Assembly (NCBI GenBank): GCA_033764865.1 | Contig: JANRIM010000017.1 | Location: 14,760-78,759, forward strand | Length of the DNA: 64,000 nt | DNA from: Hyphomonadaceae bacterium | GTDB lineage: Bacteria > Pseudomonadota > Alphaproteobacteria > Caulobacterales > Aquidulcibacteraceae | Reading direction: 5' to 3' | Shown here: positions 42,111 through 53,543 of the stretch, in pieces | How positions within the stretch are numbered: the first letter of the stretch is position 1 | Layout: every line of letters starts with the position of its first letter | Program-made: the position numbers and the translations under genes | Notes under the pieces: model-generated | Database searches by the model: none | What the model saw: only the letters and a program-made list of their open reading frames with translations | Told to the model about the DNA's origin: nothing

Positions 42111-42764
42111 ATGTGCGGCAAGTTCACACAACTGGCCTCCTGGGAGGAGGTTCACGCCTTCTCGCAGCCCATGGCGGACGCTTCACCGGCGGCGGCGGTG
42201 ATCGTGTCCACCCCCATGCGGTTCGCCAAGGTCATCCATCGCGGCGCCGACGGGACGCGCATGTTGACCCCGATGCGCTGGGGCTTTCCGGAAAAGTCCG
42301 CCACGTCCCCCGCCCGGCCCAAGCATATGCACGCCCGCGCCGAGACCATCGACACGCGGCCCACCTTCGCCCCGGCGTTCGAGAGCGGCCGCGGGCTCCT
42401 CATGGTCCATACCTTCAACGAAGGCGAGGAGCTGCCCGGCGGCAAAACCCGCCAGTGGACGATCACGCCCCGCGACGGCCAACCAATCGCCATCGCCGTT
42501 ATCTTCGAGCGGTGGGTCCGCGGCGAGGAGGACCTGCTGACGTTCGTCCTCGTCACCACGCCGGCGAACGCGCTGATCGGGCGGATCACCGACCGAATGC
42601 CCGCCGTCCTGCGCCCGCAGGACTGGCCCGCGTGGCTTGGCGAGACCGACGCGCCGCCCGGGGCGGTGAAGGCGCTTCTGAGCACCTTCGACGACGGGGG
42701 AACCTGGGAGATGCGGGAGCAGGACGCCAAATCCCGGCCCCCGCCCGCACCGACGCTTCTCTAG
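42111..42764 (+). CDS. SOS response-associated peptidase (SRAP/YedK family)
   Basis: N-terminal MCGKFT with catalytic Cys2; 217 aa. Confidence 0.85.
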   Translation: MCGKFTQLASWEEVHAFSQPMADASPAAAVIVSTPMRFAKVIHRGADGTRMLTPMRWGFPEKSATSPARPKHMHARAETIDTRPTFAPAFESGRGLLMVHTFNEGEELPGGKTRQWTITPRDGQPIAIAVIFERWVRGEEDLLTFVLVTTPANALIGRITDRMPAVLRPQDWPAWLGETDAPPGAVKALLSTFDDGGTWEMREQDAKSRPPPAPTLL

Positions 42765-42825
42765 GGGCGCCCGCGCCGATCCGCCTTCTGGCCCCGCAGC
42801 CGCGCCGGGGGTAAAGGCTAAGTCC

Positions 42826-43641
42826 ATGCCCCACAACGAAACACCGAACGCCCCCCAGGGGGCCGACATGGCCGCCGACATCGCCTCCTTCGGGTTCGAG
42901 GACGTCCCCCGCGCCGAGAAGGCCTCCCGCGTGCGGAGCGTCTTCGACCGCGTGGCCAGCCGTTACGACCTCATGAACGACCTGATGTCCGGCGGCATGC
43001 ACCGTCTTTGGAAGGACGCCGCCGTCGCCCGGCTCAACCCGCGTCCCGGGGAGGTCATCCTCGACGTGGCGGGCGGCACCGGCGACATCGCCCGGCGCAT
43101 CAGGAAGCGCGTGGAGGCCGCCCGCGCCCGCACCGGAGGAGACCCTGCTCGGATCATAATCTCCGACATCAACGAGGAGATGCTGGAGGCGGGCCGCCGG
43201 CGGGGCGAGGACGGCCTCGAATGGCAGGCGGCGGACGCCGAGGCCCTGCCCTTCGCCGATCGCATGGCCGACGCCTTCGTCATCAGCTTCGGCATCCGCA
43301 ACGTCACCGATGTGCAACAGGCCCTTCACGAAGCTTACCGGGTCCTGAAACCCGGAGGGCGGTTCGTCTGCCTGGAGTTCTCCCGCATGGCCATCGGCGG
43401 CGTCGGCGGTCTCTATGACGCTTATTCCTTCCAGGTGATCCCCCGGATCGGGAAACTGGTGGCCCGGGACGAGGCCGCCTATCGATACCTCGTGGAATCC
43501 ATTCGTCGTTTTCCGGATCAGGAAACTTTTGCGGGCATGATCCGTTCGGCGGGCTTCGCCCGCGTGAGCTGGCGCAATTTCGCCGGCGGCGTCGTGGCTC
43601 TCCACTGGGGTTTCAAACCCGGGGGGCTCAAGGGGTCCTGA
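42826..43641 (+). CDS. ubiE: ubiquinone/menaquinone biosynthesis C-methyltransferase
   Basis: [25 protein letters not shown]; SAM motif LDVAGGTGD. Confidence 0.93.
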   Translation: MPHNETPNAPQGADMAADIASFGFEDVPRAEKASRVRSVFDRVASRYDLMNDLMSGGMHRLWKDAAVARLNPRPGEVILDVAGGTGDIARRIRKRVEAARARTGGDPARIIISDINEEMLEAGRRRGEDGLEWQAADAEALPFADRMADAFVISFGIRNVTDVQQALHEAYRVLKPGGRFVCLEFSRMAIGGVGGLYDAYSFQVIPRIGKLVARDEAAYRYLVESIRRFPDQETFAGMIRSAGFARVSWRNFAGGVVALHWGFKPGGLKGS

Positions 43642-45224
43642 TGTTCAACTGGCTTGGGCATACGTGGCGGCTGTTGCGGATGGCGGTGACGCTGCTCCGC
43701 TACGACGTGCTGCTGCCGCAGGAGTATCAGAGCCGGACGCCCCTGTGGCTGCAGGCGATCGGTCGCACGCTCCGCATCTTCGCCCGCCCCCGCCGCGGGC
43801 AAACGCCGGGGGAGCGCCTGGCCATGGCGCTGGAACGGCTCGGCCCGGCGTACGTGAAGTTCGGCCAGTTCCTGGCCACCCGCCCTGACATCATCGGCGT
43901 CACCGCCGCCCAGGATCTCGGGCGGCTCAAGGATCGCCTGCCCGCCTTCTCGCGGGAGCGCGCGCTCGACACGATCAACGCCGAGTTCGGACGCGTCGTG
44001 GACCTGTTCGGGGAAAGCTTCTCGGAAGCCATGGCGGCGGCGTCGATCGCGCAGGTGCACCAGGCCCGGCTCGACCGGCATGGCGTGGTGGCGGTGAAAA
44101 TCCTGCGGCCGAACATCGAGCGGAAGATGGCCCGGGAGATGGGCGCGCTGATGTTCGGGGCGAAACTGATCGAGACCTTCGTCCCCTCCTCGCGACGGCT
44201 GGAGCCGGTGCAGTTCGTGGAGACGGTGTCCACCGCGCTCTCGCGGGAGCTTGACTTGCGGCTTGAGGCCGGCGCGGGCGCTGAGTTCAAGGAGGTGGCC
44301 GAGAAGGACGGCTTTCTCAGCGTGCCGGAGATCGACTGGTCGCGCTCCTCCAAGCGCGTGATGACGATGCAGTGGATCGACGGGGTGCCGCTGACGGATA
44401 TCGCCGGCCTAAAGGCCGCAGGCGCCGATCTGCCGGCGCTGGCCATTTCGGTGACGCGCGGCTTTCTCGCCGCCGCCCTCGATCACGGCTTCTTCCACGC
44501 CGACATGCACGAGGGAAACCTCATCTACGGCCGCGACGGCAAGCTGTGGATCGTGGACTTCGGGATCATGGGCCGCATCGGGGCCAAGGAGCGGCGCTAT
44601 CTCGCGGAGATTCTCTACGGGTTCCTGCGCCGCGACTATCGCCGTGTGGCGGAGGTGCACGCCGAGGCGGGCTACGTGCCCGACCGCTTCACCGTGGAGG
44701 AGTTCGCCCAGGCGCTGCGCGCCATTGGAGAGCCGATCTTCTCCAAGAAGGCCGACGAAGTCTCCATGAGCCGTCTGCTGCTGCAGCTGTTCGACGTCAC
44801 CCACATGTTCGGCATGCACCTGCGGCCCGAACTGGTGATGCTGCAAAAAACGATGGTCCAGGTGGAGGGCGTGTCGCGCACGCTGGATGGTCGCCATGAC
44901 ATGTGGGCCGCCGCGCGCCCCATCGTCGAGCGCTGGGTGCGCCGGGAGCTGGGGGCCGAAAGCACCGCACGCCGTGCGCTGGACGAAGCCGGGGGCGCCT
45001 TCGCCGCCCTGCGCCACCTTCCCCAGACGCTCGCGGCCCTGGAAGGCGCGGCCAATTCCATCCGCAACGGCCAGCCGCCGCCGGAGCGCATTCCCTTCCA
45101 GTGGCGCCATTTCTGGGTTGGGGCCGTCGCGGGCGTGCTCGCCGTCCTCGCGCTGATGGTGTCCAACGGCCCCCGCGCGCCCGATCCCGCGCGCCCGAGC
45201 TCGGCGGAAGCGAACACGCGGTGA
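43641..45224 (+). CDS. ubiB: ubiquinone biosynthesis protein UbiB (ABC1 kinase-like)
   Basis: LGPAYVKFGQFLATRPD, AASIAQVHQARL and FFHADMHEGN. Its start overlaps the ubiE stop (TGATG). Confidence 0.93.
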   Translation: MFNWLGHTWRLLRMAVTLLRYDVLLPQEYQSRTPLWLQAIGRTLRIFARPRRGQTPGERLAMALERLGPAYVKFGQFLATRPDIIGVTAAQDLGRLKDRLPAFSRERALDTINAEFGRVVDLFGESFSEAMAAASIAQVHQARLDRHGVVAVKILRPNIERKMAREMGALMFGAKLIETFVPSSRRLEPVQFVETVSTALSRELDLRLEAGAGAEFKEVAEKDGFLSVPEIDWSRSSKRVMTMQWIDGVPLTDIAGLKAAGADLPALAISVTRGFLAAALDHGFFHADMHEGNLIYGRDGKLWIVDFGIMGRIGAKERRYLAEILYGFLRRDYRRVAEVHAEAGYVPDRFTVEEFAQALRAIGEPIFSKKADEVSMSRLLLQLFDVTHMFGMHLRPELVMLQKTMVQVEGVSRTLDGRHDMWAAARPIVERWVRRELGAESTARRALDEAGGAFAALRHLPQTLAALEGAANSIRNGQPPPERIPFQWRHFWVGAVAGVLAVLALMVSNGPRAPDPARPSSAEANTR

Positions 45225-45298
45225 AGCCCAGGCCCGCGCAGGCCCGTTAACCGCGCGCGTGGCGCGGCGAAAACCCCGGTGGTATAGGCCCCTCCTCC

Positions 45299-46498
45299 AT
45301 GACAGACCGCCGCGTCCTCCTCGTCATCGGCGGCGGCATCGCCGCCTACAAGACGCTCACGCTCATCCGCCTGCTGGCGAAATCGGGCGTGCGCACGCGG
45401 GCGATCCTGACCCGGGCGGGCGCGGAGTTCGTGACGCCCCTTTCGGTCGCCTCGCTCACTGAGGACAAGGTGTTCACCGATCTGTTCAGCCTCACCGACG
45501 AGGCCGAGATGGGCCACATCCAGCTGTCGCGCAGCGCCGACCTGGTGGTCGTGGCGCCGGCCACCGCGGACCTCATGGCCAAGGCAGCCCATGGTCTCGC
45601 CAACGATCTGGCCTCCACCGCCCTTCTGGCCACCGACAAACCTGTGCTGATGGCGCCGGCGATGAACGTACGCATGTGGCTGCATCCCGCCACCCAGCGC
45701 AACGTGCGCCAGCTCCAGCAAGACGGCGTGGTGTTCGTGGGCCCGGACGAGGGCGCGATGGCGTGCGGGGAATTCGGCCCCGGGCGCATGGCCGAACCCG
45801 AAACCCTGCACGCGGCGATTATTGCGCTGTTTGACTCCCATGTCGCAGGCCAGCCGCTGGCGGGCCGGCGCGTGCTGGTGACCGCAGGCCCGACGCTGGA
45901 AGCGCTGGACCCCGTGCGGTTCATTTCCAACCGGTCCTCGGGCAAGCAGGGCTTCGCCATCGCGGAGGCGCTGGCGCGCCTGGGCGCACACGTGCGGCTG
46001 GTGGCGGGCCCGGTGGCTCTGGCGGATCCCATGGGCGTCGAGACGGTCCGCGTGGAGAGTGCGCGCGAGATGCTCGCGGCCTGCGAGGCGGGCCTGCCCG
46101 CAGACGCCGCCGTGTGCGTCGCTGCGGTGGCCGACTGGCGCCCGGAGGCCAGCGCCGCGCGGAAAATTAAGAAGGGCGCAGACGGGCCGCCGCCCATTGC
46201 GCTGGTGGAAAACCCCGACATCCTGGCCGCGCTCTCGAAGGCTGGCAAAAAAAGGCCACGCCTCGTCATCGGGTTCGCCGCGGAGACCAACGACGTGGAA
46301 TCCCACGCCAAGGCGAAGCTCGCGCGGAAGGGATGCGACTGGATCGTCGCCAACGACGTGTCGGGCGATGTAATGGGCGGCGACGCCAACGAGGTGATGA
46401 TCATCCGCGCGGGCGGCGTGGAGCGGTGGCCCCACATGGCCAAGAGCGCCGTCGCCGGCAGGCTGGCCGCGGAAATCGCCACCGCCCTGCGCGCTTGA
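45299..46498 (+). CDS. coaBC: bifunctional phosphopantothenoylcysteine decarboxylase / phosphopantothenate-cysteine ligase
   Basis: LLVIGGGIAAYKTLTLIRLL flavoprotein domain; C-terminal ligase domain ISNRSSGKQG. Confidence 0.93.
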   Translation: MTDRRVLLVIGGGIAAYKTLTLIRLLAKSGVRTRAILTRAGAEFVTPLSVASLTEDKVFTDLFSLTDEAEMGHIQLSRSADLVVVAPATADLMAKAAHGLANDLASTALLATDKPVLMAPAMNVRMWLHPATQRNVRQLQQDGVVFVGPDEGAMACGEFGPGRMAEPETLHAAIIALFDSHVAGQPLAGRRVLVTAGPTLEALDPVRFISNRSSGKQGFAIAEALARLGAHVRLVAGPVALADPMGVETVRVESAREMLAACEAGLPADAAVCVAAVADWRPEASAARKIKKGADGPPPIALVENPDILAALSKAGKKRPRLVIGFAAETNDVESHAKAKLARKGCDWIVANDVSGDVMGGDANEVMIIRAGGVERWPHMAKSAVAGRLAAEIATALRA

Positions 46499-46513
46499 GG
46501 CCGCGTCCGCGGC

Positions 46514-47215
46514 TCAGGCGGGCTTCGACTGCAGCGCCTGGTTGGTGCGCACCAGCTTTTCGATGAGATTGCGGTTGAAGCTGGTCTGCAGGGCAAAGCG
46601 CAGGACTGGCCTCACTTTCATGGCGCGCTCCAGCGCCGCGCGTTCGAACCGCAGGTAGCGGACGACGCCGACGGCCACCGCGGTGCCCGTCGCAGGCTTG
46701 CCGCTCTGCCATGTCATCTCGCCAAGAAAATCGCCCGCCGAACAGGTGGCCACAGGTTTGCCGCCGCTCTCGATGCGCACCTGGCCTTCCGAGAGGAAGA
46801 TGAGGCCGTCCACCGGCTTGCCCTGGACAGTGAGCCACGACCCTTCCGGCGCGTCGTGCCAGTATCCCGTCCGCAGCAACGCCGCCTGCGCCGGCGGCGG
46901 CAAGGGGGGCTCAAACGTGTCGATGAAGCGCTGCTCCTCCGGCGACCAGCGCCGCTGCCGGTTCTCCCACCACATGAGCGCAAGCTGGCCGAGGTTTACC
47001 ACCGTGAGGGTGGACTCCCAGAAGATCACCACCGGATTGCCGCTCTCGTACAGGACGGCATGCGCGATCTGGGCGATGCTGGAGCAGATCGCGATGGCCC
47101 GCAGCCATACGAGGCGGCGCATCAGCATCGACAGGACAAGCAGCAGGTAGGTGAAGTGCTCCAGCTCGAACCGCGGGACCCCGAACGTATCCAGCAGTGA
47201 TTGGAAAAACTCCAT
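46514..47215 (-). CDS. 3-TM membrane protein with C-terminal cyclic-nucleotide-binding-like domain
   Basis: Three hydrophobic helices are followed by a beta-roll-like region …GDFLGEMTWQSGKPATGTAVAV…. The canonical phosphate-binding Arg appears to be absent. Confidence 0.6.
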   Translation of the reverse strand: MEFFQSLLDTFGVPRFELEHFTYLLLVLSMLMRRLVWLRAIAICSSIAQIAHAVLYESGNPVVIFWESTLTVVNLGQLALMWWENRQRRWSPEEQRFIDTFEPPLPPPAQAALLRTGYWHDAPEGSWLTVQGKPVDGLIFLSEGQVRIESGGKPVATCSAGDFLGEMTWQSGKPATGTAVAVGVVRYLRFERAALERAMKVRPVLRFALQTSFNRNLIEKLVRTNQALQSKPA

Positions 47216-47396
47216 GGTGCTCGGTCCTCTCGACGCCCGGTCCGCTGGGCATGCGCCAACTTACGGACTGGGCAATGTTTGTAGCGACCGGTGGCCGGCG
47301 GGGAAACCCGATCCCGCCAACGCCGAACACCAGACCTGGACGAACCGGTCACGCGAGCGGGCGACCGGGCCCCTGACGCCGGAATCAGGCTAACGA

Positions 47397-47858
47397 ATGG
47401 GCATGACTGTGCTGATCGCCGTACGCCGCCTGCCCCACAACCCCGACCTTCCCCTCCCGGGATACGAGACGGCGCACTCCGCCGGCATGGACCTTCGGGC
47501 CGCCGTGGCGGAGGACGCGCCCATGACGCTGCCGCCATTGGGTCGGGCGCTCGTGCCGACCGGCCTAGCCATCGCCCTGCCGCCAGGGTTCGAGGCCCAG
47601 GTCCGCCCCAGATCCGGGCTGGCGCTCAAGCACGGGGTGACCTGCCTCAACACCCCCGGCACCATTGACGCCGACTATCGCGGGGAAGTTCAGGTCCTGC
47701 TGGTCAACCTCGGCGCCGAACCATTCCTCATCCGGCGTGGCGACCGCGTGGCGCAGATGATCGTCGCCCCGGTCACGCAAGGGGGATGGAAGGAGGTCGC
47801 CGTGCTGGACGACACCGCACGCGGCGCCGGCGGCTTCGGATCCACCGGCACGTCGTAG
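47397..47858 (+). CDS. dut: dUTP diphosphatase
   Basis: [19 protein letters not shown] and [11 protein letters not shown]. Confidence 0.93.
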   Translation: MGMTVLIAVRRLPHNPDLPLPGYETAHSAGMDLRAAVAEDAPMTLPPLGRALVPTGLAIALPPGFEAQVRPRSGLALKHGVTCLNTPGTIDADYRGEVQVLLVNLGAEPFLIRRGDRVAQMIVAPVTQGGWKEVAVLDDTARGAGGFGSTGTS

Positions 47859-47939
47859 CGTCGTCACACGCCTGTCGTTTCCCGGCAGCGGGAGGCAGGC
47901 TATCGTCGCCCCCACGATCCTTCAGCAACAGGTGCGGGC

Positions 47940-49889
47940 ATGAGGCGTGTGCTTCTCGTGATGGGCGCGATCATCCTTGCGGTGGTCGCCGCGGCGGCGG
48001 CCGTGATCGCTTTCTTCCCCAAGGATCTCGTGATCGCGGAGCTGAAAAAGCAGGTGGCGGCGGCGACCGGACGCACGCTGACCATCGCCGGCGACACCGA
48101 CGTCACGGTCTGGCCCGCCCTCGGCTTGTCGGCCGGCGATGTGACGCTGTCGAACCCAGAGGGGTTTTCCGGCGCGCCGTTCCTCACCGCGCGACAGATC
48201 GTGTTCGCGGTGTCGGTGGCGCCGCTCTTGCGCGGCGATGTGGAGGTCAAGCGGCTGTTTCTCGATACACCTTCGCTGGCGCTCGTCGCCCGCAAGGACG
48301 CCGCGCCGAACTGGACGTTCCCGACCCAGGAGCCCGCACCCGGCAAGCCGGCGCCCACGCTGAAGGCGCTCCGGCTCGACGACATGCGCATCACCGATGG
48401 CGATCTGTCGTTCGTCGGTGAGGACGGCGGGGCGCCGCTGATCATATCGGACATCGACGCCACGGTGGCGCTCACGTCGCTTGATGAACCTGCCCGGCTC
48501 GACGGCGCCCTCGCCTATCGCGATGAGGCCGTGAAGATCGAGGTCACGGTCGGCAGGCCCCGCGCCCTGCTGGAGCAAGGGGAAACGCCGCTGGCGTTGC
48601 AGATTGACGCCGCTCCCGTCGTCGCCACGCTGGACGGCGCGGTCAACATCGCCACTGGCGCCGTGACGGGGCGGCTGAACGCCAAGGGCGCGAGCCTGCG
48701 ACGTGTGCTGGCCTGGACGGGATCGCCGCTGCCGGACGGGCCCAACTTCGCCGCGTTCGGCGTCGAGGCGTCGATGACGGCGCTCATGCCCGACATCGCG
48801 TTCACCGGCGGGGCCTACACGCTGGACGCCATCGCCGCGCGCGGTGACGTGACGATCACGGCGCCGGAGGGCGGTCGGTTGTCCGCCAGGGGCGCGGTTC
48901 GCATCCCCACCCTCGATGTCAATCCCTACCTGCCGCCGCCGCCGCCAAGCGCCGCGGCCGCGCCGGGCGCCGCTGCTGGCGTCAACACCGCGGCGGCGTG
49001 GGACGCCACGCCGCTCGACCTTTCCGGCCTGAAGGCCATCGACGCCGATCTGGACATCGGCGTCGGCGATCTGCGCTTCCAGAAGATGCAGTTCACCGAC
49101 AGCCAGCTTCGCCTGCGCTTGACCAACGGCGTGGCGGACGCCGTGCTGTCGAAGGTGTCGATGTACGGCGGCGCGGGCGCCGCGCGGCTGCAGGTGGACG
49201 CGACCGGCGCAGCGCCCGCCATCCGCAGCGAGATCGACGTGCGCGACGTGCAGGCGCTGGGGCTGCTCACGGCCGCGATCGGCTTCGACAAGATCGAGGG
49301 TCGCGGGCGGCTGAAGGCGGCGCTCACCGGACGCGGGCGGTCCCAGGCCGACATCATGAGGAGCCTGGGCGGCACGATCGCCTTTTCGTTCAACGACGGC
49401 GCCTGGCGAGGCGTCAATCTGGCCCAGGTGGCGCGCACGGTGCAGGCCGCGTTGAGCGGTCAGTCTGTGGGCGCATCGTCGAAGACGGACTTCGCGGAGT
49501 TCGCGGCGGACTTCACCGTCGCCAACGGCGCGGCCGCCACCTCAAACCTGCGCCTGCTCAACCCGTTCGTGCGGCTGGACGGAACCGGCGTGATCGACAT
49601 CGGGGCCCAGGCCACCGACATCCGCCTCGCGCCGCGCGCCGTGCGCAGCCTCGAGGGCCAGGGCGGGGACGCCGCCCTCGCGGGCATTGGCGTTCCCTTC
49701 CGGGCGAGGGGCCCATGGTCGAAGATCGCCTTCGCACCGGACCTGGAGGGTCTCGCCCGCGCGCAGGTGAGCCGCGCGCTGGGCGGCCAGAGCGTCGGCG
49801 AGGCGCTCGGCGGCCTCCTCGGCCGCAACGCCAAGACCAAGGACGGCGAGGCCGCCTCTCCCCTCGACCGCCTGCTGCCCCGCAAGTAG
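47940..49889 (+). CDS. AsmA family outer-membrane biogenesis protein
   Basis: An N-terminal TM anchor is followed by an AsmA-like N-domain (…[28 protein letters not shown]…[20 protein letters not shown]…); 649 aa. Confidence 0.75.
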   Translation: MRRVLLVMGAIILAVVAAAAAVIAFFPKDLVIAELKKQVAAATGRTLTIAGDTDVTVWPALGLSAGDVTLSNPEGFSGAPFLTARQIVFAVSVAPLLRGDVEVKRLFLDTPSLALVARKDAAPNWTFPTQEPAPGKPAPTLKALRLDDMRITDGDLSFVGEDGGAPLIISDIDATVALTSLDEPARLDGALAYRDEAVKIEVTVGRPRALLEQGETPLALQIDAAPVVATLDGAVNIATGAVTGRLNAKGASLRRVLAWTGSPLPDGPNFAAFGVEASMTALMPDIAFTGGAYTLDAIAARGDVTITAPEGGRLSARGAVRIPTLDVNPYLPPPPPSAAAAPGAAAGVNTAAAWDATPLDLSGLKAIDADLDIGVGDLRFQKMQFTDSQLRLRLTNGVADAVLSKVSMYGGAGAARLQVDATGAAPAIRSEIDVRDVQALGLLTAAIGFDKIEGRGRLKAALTGRGRSQADIMRSLGGTIAFSFNDGAWRGVNLAQVARTVQAALSGQSVGASSKTDFAEFAADFTVANGAAATSNLRLLNPFVRLDGTGVIDIGAQATDIRLAPRAVRSLEGQGGDAALAGIGVPFRARGPWSKIAFAPDLEGLARAQVSRALGGQSVGEALGGLLGRNAKTKDGEAASPLDRLLPRK

Positions 49890-50016
49890 CGTTGAAGCGT
49901 CGGTTCACGCTGGGTCGTTTCCCGTCCCGGGGCGGCGCCCTATCTTGGCTTTACGAGCAGTCCGGAGCGAGCCGCCCCGCACGAGGGCGATCCACACCTG
50001 CACAGGGAGACCCGCC

Positions 50017-50979
50017 ATGGCGGAAACAACCGCACGCATCGGCCACGGCCTGATCTATGACGACATCACCCGCACGATCGGGAACACGCCGCTGGTGCGC
50101 CTCTCGCGGCTCGCCAAGGCGCATGGGGTCGACGCCGAAATCATCGGCAAGCTGGAGTTCTTCAACCCCATCGCCTCCGTCAAGGACCGCATCGGGGTGG
50201 CGATGATCGAGGACCTCGAGGCCAGCGGCAAGATCGGCCCGAACGCCGTGCTCATCGAACCGACCAGCGGCAACACGGGCATCGCCCTCGCATTCGTGGC
50301 CGCACAGCGGGGATATCGCCTCATCCTGGTGATGCCGGAGACGATGTCAATCGAGCGGCGCAAGATGCTGGCGCTGCTCGGCGCCGAGCTGGTGCTGACG
50401 CCGGGCGCCGAAGGGATGCGCGGCGCGGTCGCCAAGGCGCGTGAGATGGTGGAGTCGACGCCGGGGGCCATCATGCCTCAGCAATTCGCCAACCCCGCCA
50501 ACCCCGCCATCCATCGCCGCACGACCGCCGAGGAAATCTGGGTGGACACGGGCGGCAAGCTCGATTTCTTCGTGTCCGGCGTGGGCACCGGGGGCACCAT
50601 CACCGGCGTCGGCCAGACGCTGAAACCCCGCCTGCCGAACCTGAAGATCGTCGCCGTGGAGCCGGAATCCTCGCCCGTCCTGTCGGGCGGCGCGCCGGGG
50701 CCGCACAAGATCCAGGGCATCGGCGCGGGCTTCGTGCCCGACATCCTCGACAAGTCCGTGATCGACGAGATCATTCAGGTGAGCAACGAGGAATCCTTCG
50801 CGATCTCGCGCGAGGCGGCGCGCCTTGAAGGCGTGCCGGGCGGCATCTCCACGGGCGCGGCGCTGTCGGCGGCCTTGCGCATCGGCGCCCGCCCAGAGAA
50901 CGCCGGCAAACGCATCGTGGCGATCATCCCGAGCTTCGCGGAACGGTATCTGTCGACGGCGCTGTTCGAGGGGCTATAG
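50017..50979 (+). CDS. cysK: cysteine synthase A (O-acetylserine sulfhydrylase)
   Basis: [10 protein letters not shown] and [12 protein letters not shown]. The start at MAETTARIG (50017) is preceded by GGGAGA. Confidence 0.95.
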   Translation: MAETTARIGHGLIYDDITRTIGNTPLVRLSRLAKAHGVDAEIIGKLEFFNPIASVKDRIGVAMIEDLEASGKIGPNAVLIEPTSGNTGIALAFVAAQRGYRLILVMPETMSIERRKMLALLGAELVLTPGAEGMRGAVAKAREMVESTPGAIMPQQFANPANPAIHRRTTAEEIWVDTGGKLDFFVSGVGTGGTITGVGQTLKPRLPNLKIVAVEPESSPVLSGGAPGPHKIQGIGAGFVPDILDKSVIDEIIQVSNEESFAISREAARLEGVPGGISTGAALSAALRIGARPENAGKRIVAIIPSFAERYLSTALFEGL

Positions 50980-50999
50980 GGCCCCGAGATCGCTGTCCG

Positions 51000-51776
51000 A
51001 TGTCATCGCTCACCCCGCAGGAGGCCGAACGATACCGCCGCCACATCCTGCTTAAGGAGATCGGCGGACCGGGGCAGCAGCGCCTCAAGGCGGCGCACGT
51101 CGCCATCGTCGGTGTGGGCGGCCTGGGCGCGCCGGCGGCGCTTTATCTCGCGGCCGCGGGCGTCGGTCGCCTCACACTCATCGATCCGGATGAGGTGGCG
51201 CTGTCAAACCTCCAGCGGCAGGTCATCTATCGCGCCAGCGACGTGGGCGCGGGCAAGGTGTCGGCGGCGGCGCAACGGCTGCAAGCGCTCAATCCGCATA
51301 CTCACGTGGAGGCCCGCCGCGAGCGTCTGGACCAGTCCAACGCCGAGGCGCTCCTACATGGCGCGACGGCGGCGCTCGACGGCACGGACGACTTCGCCAC
51401 CCGGTTTGGGGTGAACGACGCCGCGCATCGCTGCGGGATTCCGCTCGTGTCGGGCGCCGTGGGCCGATGGAACGGCCAGGTGGGCGTTTTCGCGTCGGGT
51501 TTGACCCGGAACGCCGCGCCCGCCGATCGTCTGCCGTGCTATCGCTGCTTCGTGCCCGAGGCGCCGCCGGACACCGAGCCATGCGCCCTGGCGGGGATCG
51601 TGGGCGCGTTGACGGGCGTGATCGGGGCGATGATGGCGCTGGAGACGATCAAGATCATCGCCGGCGCCGGTGAGACGCTGGCCGGTCGCGTGTTGCTGTA
51701 TGACGGGCTTGGCGCACAGACGCGCACGGTGCGTTTGCCGGTCGATCCCGACTGCGCCACCTGTGGACGCTCATGA
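51000..51776 (+). CDS. moeB: HesA/MoeB/ThiF family adenylyltransferase (probably MoeB)
   Basis: RYRRHILLKEIGGPGQQRL…VGVGGLGAPAALYLAAAGVG; CxxC pairs CYRC and CATC. Confidence 0.85.
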   Translation: MSSLTPQEAERYRRHILLKEIGGPGQQRLKAAHVAIVGVGGLGAPAALYLAAAGVGRLTLIDPDEVALSNLQRQVIYRASDVGAGKVSAAAQRLQALNPHTHVEARRERLDQSNAEALLHGATAALDGTDDFATRFGVNDAAHRCGIPLVSGAVGRWNGQVGVFASGLTRNAAPADRLPCYRCFVPEAPPDTEPCALAGIVGALTGVIGAMMALETIKIIAGAGETLAGRVLLYDGLGAQTRTVRLPVDPDCATCGRS

Positions 51777-52387
51777 CCGCGCAAGCACCCCCCGCTGACC
51801 CGGCTGCATGGCGCGCCGCATTTATGCAGGCGGTGGACGCCGACTTCGCAATCCGGGCGCGGCTTGTGCGGGAAGGCGTCCTGTTCGACGGCTACCACCC
51901 AGAGATGGAGGCGGTCCACGCGGAGAACGCCGCGCTGCTGGATCGCGCATTCGACGCCTTGGGGTGGCCGGGGCGATCCCTGCTGGGGGATGACGGCGCG
52001 GCGGCCGCCTTTCTCATCCTGCAGCACGCCATCTGCCGGCCGGACGTGCAGCGGCGGGGCCTGGCCCTCCTGCTGGACGCAATCCCCCGCGGCGACGCCA
52101 ACGCGCTCGACGCCGCCCATCTCGCCGACAGGATCGCGGTCTTCGAGGGACGCCCACAGCTGTTCGGCACCCAGTTTGACTGGGCCGCGGGAGAGCTCTC
52201 CCCCGCCCCGGTGGAGGACCCCGATGCCCTCGACGAACGGCGCGCCAGCGTGGGCCTGCCGCCCATGGACGAAGCCATCGCTGAAATCCGCGCCCGGTCC
52301 GCCGCGGAGGGGGCGACAGCGCCGCTGGACATGGCGGCCCGCCAGGCCGCCTTCGAGGTCTGGGCCCGCCGCGTGGGCTGGCGCTAG
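51773..52387 (+). CDS. hypothetical protein (DUF6624-like)
   Basis: Its start overlaps the moeB stop by 4 nt. The pattern …ALGWPGRSLLGDDGAAAAFLILQHA…DRIAVFEGRPQLFGTQF resembles DUF6624. Confidence 0.5.
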   Translation: MTAQAPPADPAAWRAAFMQAVDADFAIRARLVREGVLFDGYHPEMEAVHAENAALLDRAFDALGWPGRSLLGDDGAAAAFLILQHAICRPDVQRRGLALLLDAIPRGDANALDAAHLADRIAVFEGRPQLFGTQFDWAAGELSPAPVEDPDALDERRASVGLPPMDEAIAEIRARSAAEGATAPLDMAARQAAFEVWARRVGWR

Positions 52388-52453
52388 GCGCGCGCCGACG
52401 ATCCTGCTTTGATGCGCAGGAGCAATGGCCCGCGCGAGAGGCCGGAGGGGCGG

Positions 52454-53458
52454 ATGGTGAAGTGGATCCTTGGGCTAGGCGTGCTTGTCGTCGCCCTGCT
52501 GGCGGCGGGCTTCTTCCTGTTGCAACGACCGGGCGAGACGTACGCGGCGCTGGATGCGGACTACGCGTCCCCGGCGTCGAAGTTCATGGACATGGGGGAC
52601 GGCGTCTCCGCGCACTATCGCGACGAGGGCAACCCCAACGGCCGCACGATGCTGCTCGTGCACGGCTTCTCCGCTTCGCTGCACACCTGGGAAAAGTGGG
52701 TGGGCCTGCTCGGCGGCGAGTACCGGATGGTGAGCGTCGACCTGCCCGGCCACGGACTGACGCGCACGCCGGAAAACTACGCTCCCACGATCGAGGGCTT
52801 CGCTGATTTTCTGGATCGGTTCGCGGACAAGGCCGGCATCCAGAAGGCGGTCGTGGTGGGATCTTCCATGGGCGGTGGCGCGGCGTGGCAGATGGCGCTG
52901 CGCCATCCGGCGCGGGTGGAGGCGCTGGTGCTGGTGGGGGCGTCCGGCTGGCCGGACCCGCGCATCGACGACGCCGAGGAGCCCGCAATCTTCAAGATGC
53001 TGCGCAATCCAGTGATGGGGCCCGTGCTGCGACGGCTCGACAACACCCCCATGGTTCGTCAGGGGCTGGAGGCCTCGTTCGTGAATACGGCGCTCGTGGA
53101 TGACGCCATGGTGGCGCGGTATGTCCGGATGTCCCGCGCGCCGAACCATGGCGACGTGCTGCTGGCGATCATGACCGGCTCCGCGGAGCGCACTGTCGCG
53201 ACCGCCGAGGCGCTGGCCGCCATCAAGGCGCCGACGCTGATCCTCCATGGCCGGCAGGACAATCTGGTGGCCGTCGACGGCGCGACGAAGTTCAATGACG
53301 CCATCGCGGGCTCCCGCCTGATCATCTACGACGAGGTGGGGCATCTGCCGCAGGAGGAAATCCCCGAACGGAGCGGCGAGGATCTGCGCGCATTCCTGCG
53401 CGCGGCCTTTCCGGAGCCCGCGGCCGGGGCGCCGTTGAACGCCGCCTTGACGCCCTAG
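52454..53458 (+). CDS. alpha/beta hydrolase, membrane anchored
   Basis: LLVHGFSASLHTW; nucleophile elbow VVGSSMGGG. I prefer the start at MVKWILGLGVLVV. Confidence 0.8.
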   Translation: MVKWILGLGVLVVALLAAGFFLLQRPGETYAALDADYASPASKFMDMGDGVSAHYRDEGNPNGRTMLLVHGFSASLHTWEKWVGLLGGEYRMVSVDLPGHGLTRTPENYAPTIEGFADFLDRFADKAGIQKAVVVGSSMGGGAAWQMALRHPARVEALVLVGASGWPDPRIDDAEEPAIFKMLRNPVMGPVLRRLDNTPMVRQGLEASFVNTALVDDAMVARYVRMSRAPNHGDVLLAIMTGSAERTVATAEALAAIKAPTLILHGRQDNLVAVDGATKFNDAIAGSRLIIYDEVGHLPQEEIPERSGEDLRAFLRAAFPEPAAGAPLNAALTP

Positions 53459-53543
53459 CCCGACGCGACCCGCTCGCCCCCCACCCCATCGTCACACGGG
53501 CGTTGCAGAGCCGCCGCAGAAGCAAGGCGAGGGAGAATCCGCC

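Noticed and set aside
44672-46435. 587-aa minus-strand ORF.
   Set aside because: It is antisense to ubiB and coaBC.
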